DNA of 49,586 bases. Source: Neisseria sp. (GTDB taxonomy: Bacteria; Pseudomonadota; Gammaproteobacteria; Burkholderiales; Neisseriaceae). Positions 9,274-18,765 of this stretch are shown one piece after another. Position numbers and translations under genes: made by a program. Position 1 is the first letter of the stretch; every line of letters starts with the position of its first letter. The notes under the pieces are model-generated. The model was given only the letters and a program-made list of their open reading frames with translations, did no database searches and was not told where the DNA came from. The DNA lies in NCBI GenBank assembly GCA_030530545.1, contig JAUMUU010000001.1:4164-53749 (forward strand), read 5' to 3'.

Positions 9274-9395
9274 GTTGCACGCACGCCTCCAATTGAGGCA
9301 GATAGCGGCTTTTTTTGAAAACGGCATAGAATAAAACCCCTTTATTCTTTACAATAAACAATTACATTTACAAGAAATCCCAACAGAGGCACATT

Positions 9396-10433
9396 ATGCA
9401 AATTACCGATTTGCTGGCATTCGGCGTGAAAAACAAAGCGTCCGACTTACACCTGTCATCCGGCCTGCCGCCTATGATACGCGTACACGGCGATGTCCGC
9501 CGCATCAACCTTCCGGAGATGAGTTCGGAGGAGGTCGGCCAAATGATTACATCCGTGATGAACGACCTGCAGCGCAAAAACTATCAGCAAAACCTGGAAA
9601 CCGACTTTTCCTTCGAGCTGCCCAACGTGGCGCGCTTCCGTGTGAACGCGTTCAACACCAACAGGGGGCCTGCCGCCGTGTTCCGTACCATTCCGAGCAA
9701 GGTTTTGACGCTGGAAGACTTGAAGGCCCCGCGCATTTTCCAAAAAATCTCCGAAAACCCGCGCGGCCTGGTGCTGGTAACCGGGCCTACCGGTTCGGGC
9801 AAATCGACCACGCTGGCGGCGATGATCAACTACATCAACGAGACCCATTCGTCCCACATCCTGACCATTGAAGACCCGATTGAGTTTGTGCACGAAAGCA
9901 AAAAATGCCTGATCAACCAGCGCGAACTGCACGAGCACACCCACAGCTTCGCCAACGCCCTGCGTTCCGCCCTTCGTGAAGACCCCGATGTAATCCTGGT
10001 GGGCGAGATGCGCGACCCCGAAACCATAGGCCTGGCGCTGACCGCCGCCGAAACCGGCCACCTGGTATTCGGCACGCTGCACACCACCGGCGCGGCCAAA
10101 ACCGTGGACCGTATCGTGGACGTATTCCCCGCCGGCGAAAAGGAAATGGTGCGTTCCATGTTATCCGAATCGCTGCGCGCGGTGATTTCGCAAACCCTGC
10201 TGAAAACCCGCGACGGCAACGGCCGCGTGGCCGCACACGAAATCCTGATTTCCACCGCCGCCGTGCGCAACCTGATTCGCGAAAACAAAATCGCCCAAAT
10301 CGGTTCGGCACTGCAAACAGGCCAGGCTCACGGTATGCAGACGCTGGACCAGTCCCTGCAAAACCTGGTGCGCACCGGCGTGATTACCCAGGAAACCGCC
10401 CGCACCAAAGCCCAAAACGCCGATTACATGTAA
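9396..10433 (+). CDS. pilT: Type IV pilus retraction ATPase PilT
   Basis: ASDLHLS, GPTGSGKST, LREDPD, GTLHT and AVRNLIRE motifs. Confidence 0.98.
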   Translation: MQITDLLAFGVKNKASDLHLSSGLPPMIRVHGDVRRINLPEMSSEEVGQMITSVMNDLQRKNYQQNLETDFSFELPNVARFRVNAFNTNRGPAAVFRTIPSKVLTLEDLKAPRIFQKISENPRGLVLVTGPTGSGKSTTLAAMINYINETHSSHILTIEDPIEFVHESKKCLINQRELHEHTHSFANALRSALREDPDVILVGEMRDPETIGLALTAAETGHLVFGTLHTTGAAKTVDRIVDVFPAGEKEMVRSMLSESLRAVISQTLLKTRDGNGRVAAHEILISTAAVRNLIRENKIAQIGSALQTGQAHGMQTLDQSLQNLVRTGVITQETARTKAQNADYM

Positions 10434-10449
10434 CTGAAACGGAGACGAT

Positions 10450-11703
10450 ATGAGCGACACAGAATCCGCAGCCGGCCTGCAAGACATCCTCAGCGAAATG
10501 GTCAACACCTATTCCGACCCCCCTCCTTTGGAACAGGAAGAGCCCGTCCGCAACCCTTCGCCCGCCGAAATCGGCCACCACCTGCACCCCATACTGGACC
10601 GCATGTGCCAATATGCCGAACAGCGCGGCGCATCCGATATCTTCATCAGCACCGGCTTTCCGCCCTCGGTCAAAATCGACGGCTCCATGATACCCGTGCC
10701 GCTGCCCGCCCTGACATCGGAAGAAACTGCGGCCATTGTGGCCTCCACCATGAATCCGTCCCAAAAACACGATTTCGTTAAAAACCTGGAGGTCAATTAT
10801 TCCGTACAGTCCAAGGCCGACGTGCGCTACCGTGTGAACGCCTATCACGAACAGGGACGCTGCGGCCTGGTGATGCGCCGCGTGAACACCGAAATCCCGT
10901 CTGTAGAAGATTTGGCACTGCCTTTGAAATTAAAAGAACTGGTGATGCAGAAACGCGGCCTGTTGATTTTGGCCGGTGCAACCGGTTCGGGCAAATCCAC
11001 ATCCATGGCCGCCATGCTGGACCACCGCAACAAAAACCTGGCCGGCCACATCATCACCATAGAAGACCCTATCGAGTATTTGCATGTGCCCAAACGCTCC
11101 ATCATCACCCAACGCGAGGTCGGTGTGGATACCGCAAGCTGGGAAGTGGCCGTGCAAAGCGCGATGCGTCAGGCACCCGATGTGGTCTGCGTGGGTGAGG
11201 TGCGCTCGATTGACAGTATGGAATACGCCCTGCAGCTGGCGCAAACCGGCCACTTGTGCATTTTCACCATCCACGCCAATACCGCCAGCCAAACCATAGA
11301 ACGTATCATGAACCTGTATCCAGAAGAAAGGCACAAACAGGTGCTGATAGACTTGGCGATGAACACGGTTTCCATTATCGGCCAGCGGCTGGTGGTGAAA
11401 AAAGGCGGCAAAGGCCGCACGGCCATCGTCGATTTGCTGGTGAACACGCCCGCCGTTCAAGACTTGGTGTTCAAGGGCGACCTGATGGGCATCAAAGGCC
11501 TGATGGCGCGCAGCCAGGGCGAAGGTATGCAGACTTTCGACCAACACTTGTTCGACCTTTACCGCGCCGGTACGATAGATTACGATGAGGCCATACGCCA
11601 GGCCGACTCGGCCAACGACCTGCGCCTGCGTATCCAACTGTTTGAGGACGGCGAAAAAACAGACCACATTTTCGACCGCGTAAACGATTTGAACCTGATT
11701 TAA
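10450..11703 (+). CDS. pilU: Type IV pilus ATPase PilU
   Basis: PilT paralogue directly downstream of pilT; GATGSGKSTS, RQAPD, GMQTFDQ. Confidence 0.95.
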   Translation: MSDTESAAGLQDILSEMVNTYSDPPPLEQEEPVRNPSPAEIGHHLHPILDRMCQYAEQRGASDIFISTGFPPSVKIDGSMIPVPLPALTSEETAAIVASTMNPSQKHDFVKNLEVNYSVQSKADVRYRVNAYHEQGRCGLVMRRVNTEIPSVEDLALPLKLKELVMQKRGLLILAGATGSGKSTSMAAMLDHRNKNLAGHIITIEDPIEYLHVPKRSIITQREVGVDTASWEVAVQSAMRQAPDVVCVGEVRSIDSMEYALQLAQTGHLCIFTIHANTASQTIERIMNLYPEERHKQVLIDLAMNTVSIIGQRLVVKKGGKGRTAIVDLLVNTPAVQDLVFKGDLMGIKGLMARSQGEGMQTFDQHLFDLYRAGTIDYDEAIRQADSANDLRLRIQLFEDGEKTDHIFDRVNDLNLI

Positions 11704-11714
11704 ACACTTGCGGT

Positions 11715-11747
11715 AGGCCGTCTGAAACACTTCAGGCGGCCTTTTTT
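11715..11747 (+). terminator. DUS inverted-repeat terminator
   Basis: AGGCCGTCTGAA-ACAC-TTCAGGCGGCCT followed by a T-run. Confidence 0.88.
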
Positions 11748-11875
11748 CCAAATCCACCGGCCCGCAAAAGCCTGCCGAATACGCCTTAACGGTTGAAACC
11801 CTGCCCTTTTGGACGGTAGAATCAGAATTTAAAGGGGTACACCGCCCCATATGTTGAAACAGCCGATCGAAATAC

Positions 11876-13225
11876 ATGAACCGCCTAATCCGACTGTCTT
11901 TTTTCCTGATACCATTAACCGTCCTGACAGCCTGCCCATATAAAAAGCCGGCATCCGTCCCCGTGCAGCCCAAGCAACAGGGCGGCCGTCCCGGAGCTTC
12001 TAACGGCAACACCGGCATTCCCCAACCTACGGGGCAGCGCAGCCCCATAGGGCTGGTCGTCAGCCCGGCCGGCAGCAGCGCATCCTACAAAGCGGTGGAT
12101 TATTCCGTGATTCCGCAATGGCACCAGCAAAATTTCGTCAAAAGCCTGGAAGCCTTCATTCAAGGATGCGGAAAACTCCAGGCGCAGAGCGGCTGGCGCA
12201 ACGTCTGCCTGCAGGCGGCGCAAACCCACCGCCAAAACCGCGCCGCGCAACAATTTTTCGAACAATACTTCACCCCCTGGCAGGTCAGCGAAAACGGCAA
12301 ACTGGGCGGCACAGTAACCGGTTATTACGAACCCGTCCTAACCGGCGACACCCACGCCACCCACCGCGCCCGCTTTCCGATTTACGGCGTCCCCTACGAC
12401 TTCGTTTCAGTAGAACTGCCGGCCAACTTGCGCAACAGCAAGACATCGGTACGCATCCGCAAAACCGGCCAAAACAGCGGCAGGATTGCCGCCGACGGCG
12501 AATACACCGCCAACCTGGCTTCATTTCCGATAAACGAACGCACCAAAGCACTGAAAGGCCGCTTTGCCGGCAACCGCTTCCTGCCCTACCACACCCGCAA
12601 CGAAATCAACGGCGGCGCACTCAACGGCAAAGCCCCCATACTCGGCTACGCCGACGACCCCGTAGAACTGTTTTTCCTGCAAATACAAGGTTCTGGCCGC
12701 CTAAAAACCCCCACCGGCCAATACATCCGATTGGGCTATGCCGACAAAAACGAATACCCCTATGTTTCCATAGGACGCTATATGGCCGACCGGGGCTATC
12801 TTGCATTGGCGCAAACCACCATGCAGGGCATCAAAGACTATATGCGGCAGCACCCGCAAAAACTGGCCGAAGTATTGGGGCAGAATCCGAGCTACGTCTT
12901 CTTCCGCCGCCTGGACGACAACAGCGACGGCCCCATAGGCGCATTGGGAACGCCGCTGATGGGAGAATATGCCGGCGCGGTAGACCGCCACCATATTACC
13001 TTGGGCGCGCCCCTGTTTGTCGCCACCACCCATCCCGAAACCCAATACGGCCTAAACCGCCTGATTATGGCGCAGGATACCGGAAGCGCGATAAAGGGCG
13101 CGGTACGGGTGGACTATTTTTGGGGCTACGGCGACGAGGCCGGCCGGGTGGCGGGCAAAATGAAGCACCCGGGCTACGTTTGGCAGCTGCTGCCCAACGG
13201 CGTTTCCCCCCAATACCGCCCTTAG
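11876..13225 (+). CDS. mltA: Membrane-bound lytic transglycosylase A (lipoprotein)
   Basis: Lipobox LTAC; TGYYEP, IQGSG and AQDTGSAIKG..RVDYFWG motifs. Confidence 0.97.
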   Translation: MNRLIRLSFFLIPLTVLTACPYKKPASVPVQPKQQGGRPGASNGNTGIPQPTGQRSPIGLVVSPAGSSASYKAVDYSVIPQWHQQNFVKSLEAFIQGCGKLQAQSGWRNVCLQAAQTHRQNRAAQQFFEQYFTPWQVSENGKLGGTVTGYYEPVLTGDTHATHRARFPIYGVPYDFVSVELPANLRNSKTSVRIRKTGQNSGRIAADGEYTANLASFPINERTKALKGRFAGNRFLPYHTRNEINGGALNGKAPILGYADDPVELFFLQIQGSGRLKTPTGQYIRLGYADKNEYPYVSIGRYMADRGYLALAQTTMQGIKDYMRQHPQKLAEVLGQNPSYVFFRRLDDNSDGPIGALGTPLMGEYAGAVDRHHITLGAPLFVATTHPETQYGLNRLIMAQDTGSAIKGAVRVDYFWGYGDEAGRVAGKMKHPGYVWQLLPNGVSPQYRP

Positions 13226-13338
13226 CGGCGGCACGGCTTTTCACACCGAAAACAAACCGGGCAGATGGCAAAAAGCCCGATTGCAAAATACGCAAAACAC
13301 CCCATTTATATCAAACCGATTTTAAAAACCATACCGAT

Positions 13339-13629
13339 ATGCAACCCGTTACCATCTATACCGGCCCGCACTGCCCCTATTGCAACATGGCCAAAGCCCT
13401 ACTCAAACAACTGGGCGTAAACGAACTCAAAGAAATCAACGCAATACAAAACCCGGCTGCTTTCGAAGCCATGCGCCAAACCACAGGGACGCGCACCGTG
13501 CCGCAAATCTTTATCGGCGACACCCATGTCGGCGGCTTCACCGACCTGCGCGCCCTGCATAACGGCGGCCGCCTGCTGCCCCTGCTGCAACAGGGCGGCA
13601 GCCAAACGCCGGAAAAACACCTTCCTTAA
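13339..13629 (+). CDS. grxC: Glutaredoxin 3
   Basis: [12 protein letters not shown] and GGF.D motifs; lies upstream of secB. Confidence 0.95.
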   Translation: MQPVTIYTGPHCPYCNMAKALLKQLGVNELKEINAIQNPAAFEAMRQTTGTRTVPQIFIGDTHVGGFTDLRALHNGGRLLPLLQQGGSQTPEKHLP

Positions 13630-13673
13630 CCAACCTGCCGTTTCAAACGGCCAACCTAAAAGCGAGAACCATA

Positions 13674-14123
13674 ATGAGCGATCAAAACGCACAAGAATTA
13701 CAACCCATATTCAGCATTGAAAAACTGTATGTGAAAGACTTGTCGCTGGAAGTGCCGCACGCGCCGCGCATCTTCCTGGAACAAGGCGATCCCAATGTCG
13801 AAATGCGGGTGGCCACCGAAAGCGAAAAATTGGAAGACAATTTTTACAATGTCGGCGTTACCGTTACCGTTACCGCAAAATTGGGCGACGAACGCGTAAT
13901 GTTCCTAAACGAAGTTACCCAATGCGGTATTTTCCGTTTGGAAAACATCCCCGAGGACGATGTCAAACTGCTGTTGGGCGTGGCCTGCCCCAATATCCTG
14001 TTCCCCTACGCGCGCGAAGCCGTTTCCAGCGAAATCACCCGCGCCGGCTTCCCGCCCGTACTGCTGGCACCGATTAACTTCGAGTCCATCTACCAGCAAC
14101 AGCAGGAACAGGGCAACGCCTAA
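13674..14123 (+). CDS. secB: Protein export chaperone SecB
   Basis: [11 protein letters not shown] and [11 protein letters not shown] motifs. Confidence 0.98.
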   Translation: MSDQNAQELQPIFSIEKLYVKDLSLEVPHAPRIFLEQGDPNVEMRVATESEKLEDNFYNVGVTVTVTAKLGDERVMFLNEVTQCGIFRLENIPEDDVKLLLGVACPNILFPYAREAVSSEITRAGFPPVLLAPINFESIYQQQQEQGNA

Positions 14124-14130
14124 TCACCCG

Positions 14131-14176
14131 AAAAAAGCCGTCTGAAAGCGCGATTTGCGGTTTTCAGACGGCTTTT
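14131..14176. terminator. DUS inverted-repeat terminator after secB
   Basis: AAAAGCCGTCTGAAA...TTTCAGACGGCTTTT. Confidence 0.88.
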
Positions 14177-14193
14177 CCCATTTTTCAAGCCAC

Positions 14194-14231
14194 AAAAAAT
14201 ACGGGCTGCCCGACAATACCCGGACAGCCCG
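14194..14231 (-). terminator. Minus-strand terminator downstream of the TonB-C gene
   Basis: CGGGCTG...CAGCCCG stem with an A-run on its left side. Confidence 0.7.
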
Positions 14232-14416
14232 CCTCACATAAAGGATTTACCTTATTTCCGCCACGACCCTACCCCGCCGCCTTACATCAGAGACAAATCC
14301 CAAGAATAAAAAGCCCAAAACCGGTGTTCAACGCACCACGAAATCCAACCTGTTGCAGATAGGGACGGCTGGCCGATTCCTATTTTTCGAAGTTTCCGCG
14401 TTTCGGGTAAAACAAA

Positions 14417-14758
14417 CTAGCGTGCCAACGCAACAGTCATCCCATCATCGGAAAACCTAATTTCCTTAACGATGCGGAAATCCCTAGCCTCGCCATTAAC
14501 CATAACCGGCTGCATGGTCTGCTGCTGCACCCAAGCCAAAGCGGCACTGTCGGTAGCCGGATTGCCGCTGGTACGGGTAATACGCGCATCCCGCACACTG
14601 CCGTCCGCCTTGATTGTAAAACTCATGGCCACTTTACCGCTAACCCTTGCGGCAGCCTCCTGACCATTCTGAAAGAAATGCACCTGTGCGCCGGAGGGTT
14701 GAGCGACAAACAGACCTACAGCCGATACCAGAGCCGAAAAAATAACTTTATTGTTCAT
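14417..14758 (-). CDS. Short exported TonB C-terminal-domain protein
   Basis: N-terminal signal sequence, then SGKVAMSFTIKADGSV..ARI..TSGNPATDSAAL..V; no proline-rich spacer. Confidence 0.82.
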   Translation of the reverse strand: MNNKVIFSALVSAVGLFVAQPSGAQVHFFQNGQEAAARVSGKVAMSFTIKADGSVRDARITRTSGNPATDSAALAWVQQQTMQPVMVNGEARDFRIVKEIRFSDDGMTVALAR

Positions 14759-14828
14759 GATGTTTTTACCCATAATGTGTTTGGTTTTATGAGCGCCTTG
14801 CCTAACTCGCGCTGTGTCTACGGCGTGC

Positions 14829-14857
14829 ATTATCGTATCAGTTCCATATTTTTGCAA
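14829..14857 (-). promoter_or_regulatory. Candidate sigma70 promoter of the TonB-C gene
   Basis: TTGCAA-17 nt-GATAAT on the minus strand. Confidence 0.5.
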
Positions 14858-14900
14858 TATCAAATTTGTCAAAAATTTTTTACGAATAGGCATTTTTAAC

Positions 14901-14929
14901 GACAAACGGTACAAAAAACGACGAACGGT
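14901..14929 (-). promoter_or_regulatory. Tandem AlgR-type (LytTR) binding boxes
   Basis: ACCGTTCGTC (14920-14929) and ACCGTTTGTC (14901-14910) on the minus strand, 19-nt period. Confidence 0.6.
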
Positions 14930-15213
14930 AGCAACCAAGCACGGCGAAAACTGACAATTTACGGCATTTCACAAACAAATCACACCCAATTCAAAAAATT
15001 TTTCAATATAAATCAACTTATTAAAAAACAACCCTTGCACGAGCAAATTTCCGCCATAAGAAATTTTATTAACAAGTATTTACAGATAAACGGTATGAAA
15101 TACCGCCCATCCATGAAAAAATCACCATTCGGCAACATTTTATTGTAGTTTTTACACAACAAATTAAAGATGAGCGGCAAAATAAACCGCCTTAACGGTA
15201 ATACTACTAAAAT

Positions 15214-15242
15214 AAAAAAGCCGCCCGAATATCCGGACGGCT
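15214..15242 (-). terminator. Terminator of the LytTR gene (degenerate DUS-like inverted repeat)
   Basis: AAAAAAGCCGCCCG...CGGACGGCT. Confidence 0.7.
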
Positions 15243-15263
15243 CTCCTATCTGAGGAAGGCTTA

Positions 15264-15992
15264 CTACCCATCGCGCAAAATACGCCGGATGGCGGAAAGC
15301 TGCCGCCGGCTGACCGGCAACACCTCATCTATATCCAACACCTTAGCCCCCCAACTGGCATTGCCCTCATCGTCCTCCCCATCCAAACGAATCAGACTGT
15401 CCAGCGTATGACGCATCACCAACGCATTGCGGTGTACGCGGATAACCTTATCACCCAACAATTCTTCCCAATAAACCAAAGTCTTAGGCAACTCATAACT
15501 CTGGCCGTCCCCCGTAAACAGAAAAACAGTCTTATGTTCCGCCAACAGATAGCGTGCCTGCTGCCATGGGATTTCCACCATACGGTCGCGGTTGAAAACC
15601 TGAAAACTCTTAAATTCTTCGGCATTATTCTCATCGCTTTCCTGAACACGCGCCAAAGCCGTCTGCAAACGGGCGATTTTAATCGGTTTCAACAAATAAT
15701 CGGCAGCCGCCAACTCAAAAGCCCGCAAAGCAAACTCTTCATAAGCCGTCGTAAAAATAACATGGGGCTGTTTCTTCGCAATCCGCTTAATCCGCTCGAC
15801 AAATTCCAAACCCGTAATTTCGGGCATATTAATGTCGGAGAAAACAATATCCACCTCATGCACACTCAACCAATCCAAAGCATGTTGCGCATGATGAAAA
15901 GTCTTTAACAACACCACCCCGCACTCTTCCAACAACACACGCAGGCGTTCCGCTGCCAATACTTCGTCTTCAACAATAATCGCACTGGGCAT
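15264..15992 (-). CDS. LytR/AlgR-family response regulator (REC + LytTR), no adjacent kinase
   Basis: IVEDE, FSDINMP, FTTAY and DYLLKP receiver motifs; IRVHRNALV and LPVSRR LytTR motifs. Confidence 0.93.
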   Translation of the reverse strand: MPSAIIVEDEVLAAERLRVLLEECGVVLLKTFHHAQHALDWLSVHEVDIVFSDINMPEITGLEFVERIKRIAKKQPHVIFTTAYEEFALRAFELAAADYLLKPIKIARLQTALARVQESDENNAEEFKSFQVFNRDRMVEIPWQQARYLLAEHKTVFLFTGDGQSYELPKTLVYWEELLGDKVIRVHRNALVMRHTLDSLIRLDGEDDEGNASWGAKVLDIDEVLPVSRRQLSAIRRILRDG

Positions 15993-16181
15993 AGTATGAC
16001 CGTTTTTCCATTTAGTTATCGATTTAACCCTTAATGTTAGTGGGTTATCTGCCTGATAGCAACATCAAGATGGCCTTGCGCCGAAATAGCGGCCGTCCAA
16101 ACACCATATTACACCAAAACACAGCCGATTCATCCAACTTCCTATACGGCCGTATTACCGCGTGTCCATATGCCATAACCG

Positions 16182-16191
16182 TTCAGACGGC
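16182..16191 (-). repeat. DNA uptake sequence
   Basis: TTCAGACGGC. Confidence 0.85.
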
Positions 16192-16200
16192 CGGCAAACA

Positions 16201-17526
16201 TCAAACAAGCAGTTTGCCGCGCAAAGAGAAAGTAAACGCCTCGGTAATCTCAATATCCACCATCTGATTAATCAAATCCGGACTGCCCGTAAAATTGACC
16301 ACGCGGTTATTTGCAGTACGCGCCTGCAACTGGTCGGGATCCTTCTTCGACACCCCCTCCACCAGGCAACGCTGCACCGTCCCCGACATCGCCCGATTAA
16401 TCCGCGCCGTCTCAGCCTCAATCACCTCATTCAAAGCCTCCAAACGCCTTACCTTTTCCTCATGCGGCGTATCATCATGCAGATTGGCGGCGGGCGTGCC
16501 CGGCCTGGGACTGTAAATAAAGACAAAGCTCAAATCGAAAGCAATATCCTTAACCAACTTCAAAGTCTGCTCAAACTCACGTTCGGTTTCACCCGGAAAG
16601 CCGACAATAAAATCCGAACTCAAACACAAATCGGGTCGGACGGCGCGCAGCTTGCGGATAATCGACTTATATTCCAAAGCAGTATAACCGCGCTTCATCG
16701 CACTCAACACACGGTCCGAACCACTTTGAATAGGCAAATGCAGATGCGAAACCAACTTCGGCAAATCACGATAACACTCAATAATCGCATCCGAAAACTC
16801 CCTGGGGTGGCTGGTTGTAAAACGGATACGCTCCAACCCCGGGATTTCATGGACAATTCGCAACAAAGTGGCAAAATCGCAAACCTCACCGTCATCCATC
16901 ACACCACGGTAAGCATTCACATTCTGCCCCAACAAATTAACCTCCTTCACCCCCTGCTGCACCAAACCCGCAATCTCAGTCAGCACATCGTTCAAAGGCC
17001 GGGAAAACTCCTCCCCGCGCGTATAAGGCACCACGCAGAAAGAACAATATTTCGAACAACCCTCCATAATGGAAATAAATGCCGCTCCGCCATCCACCCT
17101 GGCGGGAGGCAGATGGTCAAACTTCTCAATTTCGGGAAACGAAATATCCACCTGGGGCAAGCCCGTCAATTTCTTATCGTCAATCAGCTTGGGCAAACGG
17201 TGCAAAGTTTGCGGGCCAAACACCACATCCACAAACGGCGCACGTTTGACAATGGCTTCCCCCTCCTGCGAAGCCACACAGCCCGCCACCCCGATAATCA
17301 AATCAGGGTTCTTATCCTTCAAAGGCCGGACACGCCCCAAATCGGAAAAAACCTTTTCCTGCGCCTTTTCCCGCACAGAACAAGTATTGAACAAAATAAT
17401 ATCGGCCTCATCGGGTTCGGAAACCTGCTCTATACCACCGTGTTCCTCTTCCAAAACAGACAGCATCTTCTCACTGTCATACTCATTCATCTGACATCCG
17501 AAAGTACGGATAAATACCTTTTTCAT
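16201..17526 (-). CDS. miaB: tRNA i6A37 methylthiotransferase
   Basis: [19 protein letters not shown] radical-SAM motif, C-terminal TRAM domain. Confidence 0.98.
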   Translation of the reverse strand: MKKVFIRTFGCQMNEYDSEKMLSVLEEEHGGIEQVSEPDEADIILFNTCSVREKAQEKVFSDLGRVRPLKDKNPDLIIGVAGCVASQEGEAIVKRAPFVDVVFGPQTLHRLPKLIDDKKLTGLPQVDISFPEIEKFDHLPPARVDGGAAFISIMEGCSKYCSFCVVPYTRGEEFSRPLNDVLTEIAGLVQQGVKEVNLLGQNVNAYRGVMDDGEVCDFATLLRIVHEIPGLERIRFTTSHPREFSDAIIECYRDLPKLVSHLHLPIQSGSDRVLSAMKRGYTALEYKSIIRKLRAVRPDLCLSSDFIVGFPGETEREFEQTLKLVKDIAFDLSFVFIYSPRPGTPAANLHDDTPHEEKVRRLEALNEVIEAETARINRAMSGTVQRCLVEGVSKKDPDQLQARTANNRVVNFTGSPDLINQMVDIEITEAFTFSLRGKLLV

Positions 17527-17637
17527 GGTTTGCTTCTTTCTCAGGTTGCCCGTAATCGCGGGGCTGATTCGTTGTTATAAAACCCGCTATTCTAACAGAA
17601 AAATATAAAACAATAAATTCAATTAATTATATAAAAA

Positions 17638-17744
17638 CATAGTGGATTAAAATAAAAATAAGACAATACGGCAACGAATGCCGTGTACGGATAGTACATA
17701 AGCGCGTTGGCAACGCTGTGGCCTTGCGATTTTAATCCACTATA
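17638..17744. mobile_element. Correia-like MITE, divergent second family (107 bp)
   Basis: Terminal inverted repeats ATAGTGGATTAAAAT / ATTTTAATCCACTAT; interior only loosely resembles the standard Correia core. Confidence 0.85.
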
Positions 17745-17910
17745 AAACCTATTCCAGGCTCAAAATCCCCTCTATAGCGGGAAACAACACAGACTCCGGT
17801 CAAGGCGCGGCCAACTTTTATCCTAATTAACTACAGCAGCTTGGGTAATGCCCATCTGGCAACCCTCAAACGAAAGGCCGGTATAAACCAGCCTTATCAA
17901 CCCCCGATAC

Positions 17911-18285
17911 CTATTGGCTTCGCGCTTTCAATTCCAAGCGTTCCTTAGGGGTCAAAATCCAAATTTCCTTAACATCACCATGATTATTCAGAAAGACACC
18001 CACCGGCTCACCCAAATAATTTTTCAACTTATTTTTAGTAATAAACCGATTATTCGTATCCTTAATACGGATAGCAGTCAGAGCATCCGTTTCCGTACGG
18101 TTATTATCCACCAAACCCAAAGTCAAAATCTGCGTCCAAGTCCACCCGTCCCCTGCCAAAACCACTTGGGGATAATCCACCTTTTTTAAAACAGCCAACT
18201 TAATATCAGGAGGCAACACACGGCCGGCCCATGCAAACTGAACACTCAACAAGAAAGCCGCACATGACAAAATTATTTTTTTCAT
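17911..18285 (-). CDS. Hypothetical exported protein
   Basis: Strong RBS, signal peptide (AWA cleavage site), C-terminal EIWILTPKE. Confidence 0.8.
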   Translation of the reverse strand: MKKIILSCAAFLLSVQFAWAGRVLPPDIKLAVLKKVDYPQVVLAGDGWTWTQILTLGLVDNNRTETDALTAIRIKDTNNRFITKNKLKNYLGEPVGVFLNNHGDVKEIWILTPKERLELKARSQ

Positions 18286-18316
18286 CAAAATTTCCTTTCC
18301 TCGCTATCTGAAAAAT

Positions 18317-18350
18317 AAAACAAAACCGGTCATCAAAAACCGGTTCTGTT
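18317..18350 (-). terminator. Probable terminator after rplQ
   Basis: AACAAAACCGGT...ACCGGTTCTGTT imperfect inverted repeat next to an A-run. Confidence 0.55.
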
Positions 18351-18360
18351 CACAAACTAC

Positions 18361-18741
18361 TTATTCGGCAGCACCCTGCACATCGGCCTTATCGACCAAC
18401 TCAACCAAAGCCAGGGGCGCATTATCACCCTTGCGGAAGCCATATTTCAAAATACGGATATAACCCCCGTTGCGTTTGGCAAAGCGGATACCCAAATCAT
18501 CAAACAGCTTTACCACCACCTGCCGGTCGCGGGTACGGTTGAAAGCCAAACGGCGGTTTGCCAAAGAAGGCTTTTTACCCAAAGTAATCAGCGGCTCGAC
18601 AACCCGGCGCAACTCCTTGGCCTTAGGCAGAGTAGTTACAATGGTCTCATGACTTAACAGAGAATTTGCCATATTACGCAGCATGGCAGCACGATGACTG
18701 CTGGTGCGGTTTAATTTACGGTTACCATTACGATGACGCAT
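18361..18741 (-). CDS. rplQ: 50S ribosomal protein L17
   Basis: [17 protein letters not shown]. Confidence 0.99.
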   Translation of the reverse strand: MRHRNGNRKLNRTSSHRAAMLRNMANSLLSHETIVTTLPKAKELRRVVEPLITLGKKPSLANRRLAFNRTRDRQVVVKLFDDLGIRFAKRNGGYIRILKYGFRKGDNAPLALVELVDKADVQGAAE

Positions 18742-18765
18742 ACCATAATCCTTTTAATTCCAAAC

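Noticed and set aside
10450-10600. N-terminal extension of PilU
   Set aside because: From recall, Neisseria PilU proteins normally carry such an extension
12118-13629. 503-aa ORF overlapping mltA and ending in glutaredoxin (possible frameshift fusion)
   Set aside because: The upstream part is an Arg/Pro-rich shadow frame of GC-rich mltA; mltA is intact and grxC has its own ATG at 13339
13853-13876. CGTTAC tandem repeat in secB
   Set aside because: In-frame VTVTVT coding of a beta strand; not a phase-variation tract
14232-14416. GGA repeats as a CsrA/RsmA-sponge RNA
   Set aside because: The motifs are not clearly in hairpin loops and I know of no CsrA in Neisseria; kept only as a generic sRNA candidate
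14759-14938. Longer 173-aa version of the TonB-C ORF
   Set aside because: The extension runs through the predicted promoter and binding boxes; the signal peptide begins at MNNK
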